This document shows positions 61,646 to 64,000 of a stretch of 64,000 nt of DNA, in pieces (positions within the stretch are counted from its first letter, which is position 1; every line of letters begins with the position of its first letter). The notes beneath the pieces are model-generated. The model ran no database searches and was not told where the DNA came from. It saw only the letters and a list, made by a program, of their open reading frames with translations. The stretch covers positions 17,484,001 to 17,548,000 of the forward strand of contig JAQFVV010000010.1 in NCBI GenBank assembly GCA_028023455.1. The letters are read 5' to 3'. This DNA comes from Epiperipatus broadwayi. Taxonomy: Eukaryota > Animalia > Onychophora. The translations under genes were made by a program, and so were the position numbers.

Positions 61646-64000
61646 CTAATTTTGTTATGTGTACAAGATGCAATTATTAAACAAGAAGACATTTTATTTT
61701 TTGCTTTTTACAATGACTCTTTATTTCTGTCTGTAGAATTCTTTTTCCCATTTAACAAAATATCTAAATACCTACGTCCCATTTTACTCTTCCTACTAAA
61801 TATTAATATATTCTCCCTAACTGAATTTAATTTTCGTATTACTTCCTATCTTTGCATACTTCTCTTAATACCAGTTCAATATTTTTTACACTATCTGCAA
61901 AAAGTATTTACACAAAAAAAGAGAGCTGCCATATTTCCAAACTTCAATTATCTTAGAAATAAAATAAATAATAAAAGTGAAAATGAACATTTGTTTCATT
62001 ATGATTTCATATTTATCTTCTACTGATTGTATATTTTGTAGATGGTATATATAAAAATTATGCTTACAAAGACTTTTAACCATTCTTAACAACTCTCATT
62101 TATACTTACATAGTTTTACGATTTCTCCATAATATACTCTTATCCATAGTATCATAAGTTTTTTCTATATTTAAAAATACAATATTTATTTTTTTTGCAT
62201 AATGATGATTAAATTATCCCCTGGTTATCACTTATGAAATAATCCATTCTGAATCTTTCTCTTCATTTAAATTCTACCCTAATAAATATTTATATTCCAA
62301 GTTTCATACAGATGTTTCTGTATAGGGCTTTGGATATTTTGTGATAATCTTGTACAAATAGATATGTAATTATTTATATAGTTATAATTATCATAACACT
62401 ATATAGAACTAATAATTTTTAATTTATTGTAGTCAATGACATGGGGTTTAACTTCTAAAACAGGTCATGTGAGTATCTGAATAAGAATACTTCAGTTTGC
62501 TGTAAATATTCTTAAGTTTCGTGAATAATATATTATTTATTAAATACTGAAATGGGCTTTAAAAACATCACTAACAACTTTCACATTTTAAAAAATAAAA
62601 CAAAAAGTATAATAGTTACTTGTTTGAGATGGCATGTGAATTTGAACATAGGAGAGTTAAGTTCAGCTTCAATCCAGAAATCTTTAACTCTTGACTAAGG
62701 CATCGGTTCACTCTATAGTGTTGCTACCATTTTAGTTTTGTGCACAAATGATATTGTAATTTATCTGGAGATTGGAACATTTTTTAAAAGTATTATTGAT
62801 ATGGAGTTAAAAACAATTAAGCTTAGCACTACAGAGAGTAATCAGTATTTCCATTATTACTTACATAGATGCATGATTAATAAATATTTATATTAATTAA
62901 GTGACTACCATAAACATTTTAGTCAACTTTTTTTTTCTAATTTAAAAAATAAATTTTTGTCTTTTTTAAAAATAAATAAATGAAATATTCAGATTTTCTA
63001 ATGAGGGAAGACATTAATTCTCTTCGTAAATGATCCTTTTTGTATATATACACTGTTATTGTTTGTTTTTTGGTAAAGAATGTATGCACAAACAATGAGT
63101 TACATATATCATTGTTGCAAAATATCACAAATGAAATATATAAATAAACACTTGAAAAGGGGGGGGGGGTGTACTTTGATTAAAATAGTAATTTTAAAAA
63201 CTATTAAAATTTGACAATTACTTTTCTTCATTAATTTTTTTAAAGGTAATAAATATATCCAGAATGATTATTTTTCGTTTTAATTTTCTCTGATATTCTA
63301 TCCTTGCATTTTATATACTAAACTTATGATAAAAATTGTAATTTAAACCAATTCTGTAAAAAAAAAAATAATAAAGGCATGCATCATATTGTTCATACAA
63401 TCATGCAAACTAAACAGAAGGGAAATAAAATGACACAATTTTCAATATTATTGTGATTTTGTAATCTTTTATATAAGGCAATAATTGTCATATTTTCTAA
63501 GCATGGTTATAGAAGTTGATTTGTATCCTATCATGTGATAAGAACAGAACAAATAAAAAATTGCTATGAAAAAAACCATTATAAAAGCTAATCTATTGTA
63601 TTAACCAAATGTTAAGACATCGATTTATTTTATTTAGCATATCGATTTTTTCTTTTTGACAGCTTAATTATTAACAAAATATCATAATGGGATTTGCAAA
63701 GATTCATGGGAATTAGATTGACCAATGGCTTTATTAAGTCCTTCAATTCTGTCGCTATAGCCATAGATTTGGCAGTCATTAACTGAATGGTTCATACTTT
63801 CTGTTTGACCATACTTACATAAATCAGTGACTGATAGATGCTATTTATGAAATATATGAGCACAATTTCAAGAATTGTTCTGAATCTGTTAATAAAACCC
63901 ATTGTACTTAGGAAGATCAAATCCAGATAACTTTATTGTCAGATCTGAAGAGGGAAAATGTTTTGAATATCGTAAGAATTCCATATTTTAAATCAAAATT

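Noticed and set aside
526-63128. Most short ORFs in the supplied track outside 32551-36203 (e.g. 44096..44332, 45386..45685, 61628..62026)
   Set aside because: AT-driven I/L/F/N/K-rich translations with no recognisable motifs or splice support. Several (28040, 28429, 29610, 47707, 61166) are just translations of the non-coding repeats.

Overview
AT-rich animal (invertebrate, arthropod-like) genomic DNA; not prokaryotic, with no CRISPR array and no recognisable rRNA gene. One host gene is supported: ISCA2 (mitochondrial Fe-S assembly A-type carrier), with a coding exon at 70-191 joined in phase across a 29.8-kb intron to a terminal exon at 30023-30197. The rest is transposon-derived. It includes a full-length but frameshifted Ty3/Gypsy element (31850-36750, minus; ~470-bp LTRs, PBS, PPT, 5-bp TSD), a Penelope-like (PLE) RT/GIY-YIG remnant, several LINE and hAT remnants, MITEs and a tRNA-like sequence. 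The main hidden signal is a set of about five non-coding repeat families (here called A-E), with roughly 20 copies in 64 kb. Each carries a minimal type-I hammerhead ribozyme (HHR) with a palindromic stem III. Stems co-vary between families, one copy (61213-61270) is textbook-intact, and one family has a ~453-bp tandem monomer. Most insertions are head-to-head palindromes with the 3' tail pointing outward at both ends and microhomology at the junction, resembling PLE-mobilised retrozymes. All analysis was by eye; no alignment, folding or database search was run.
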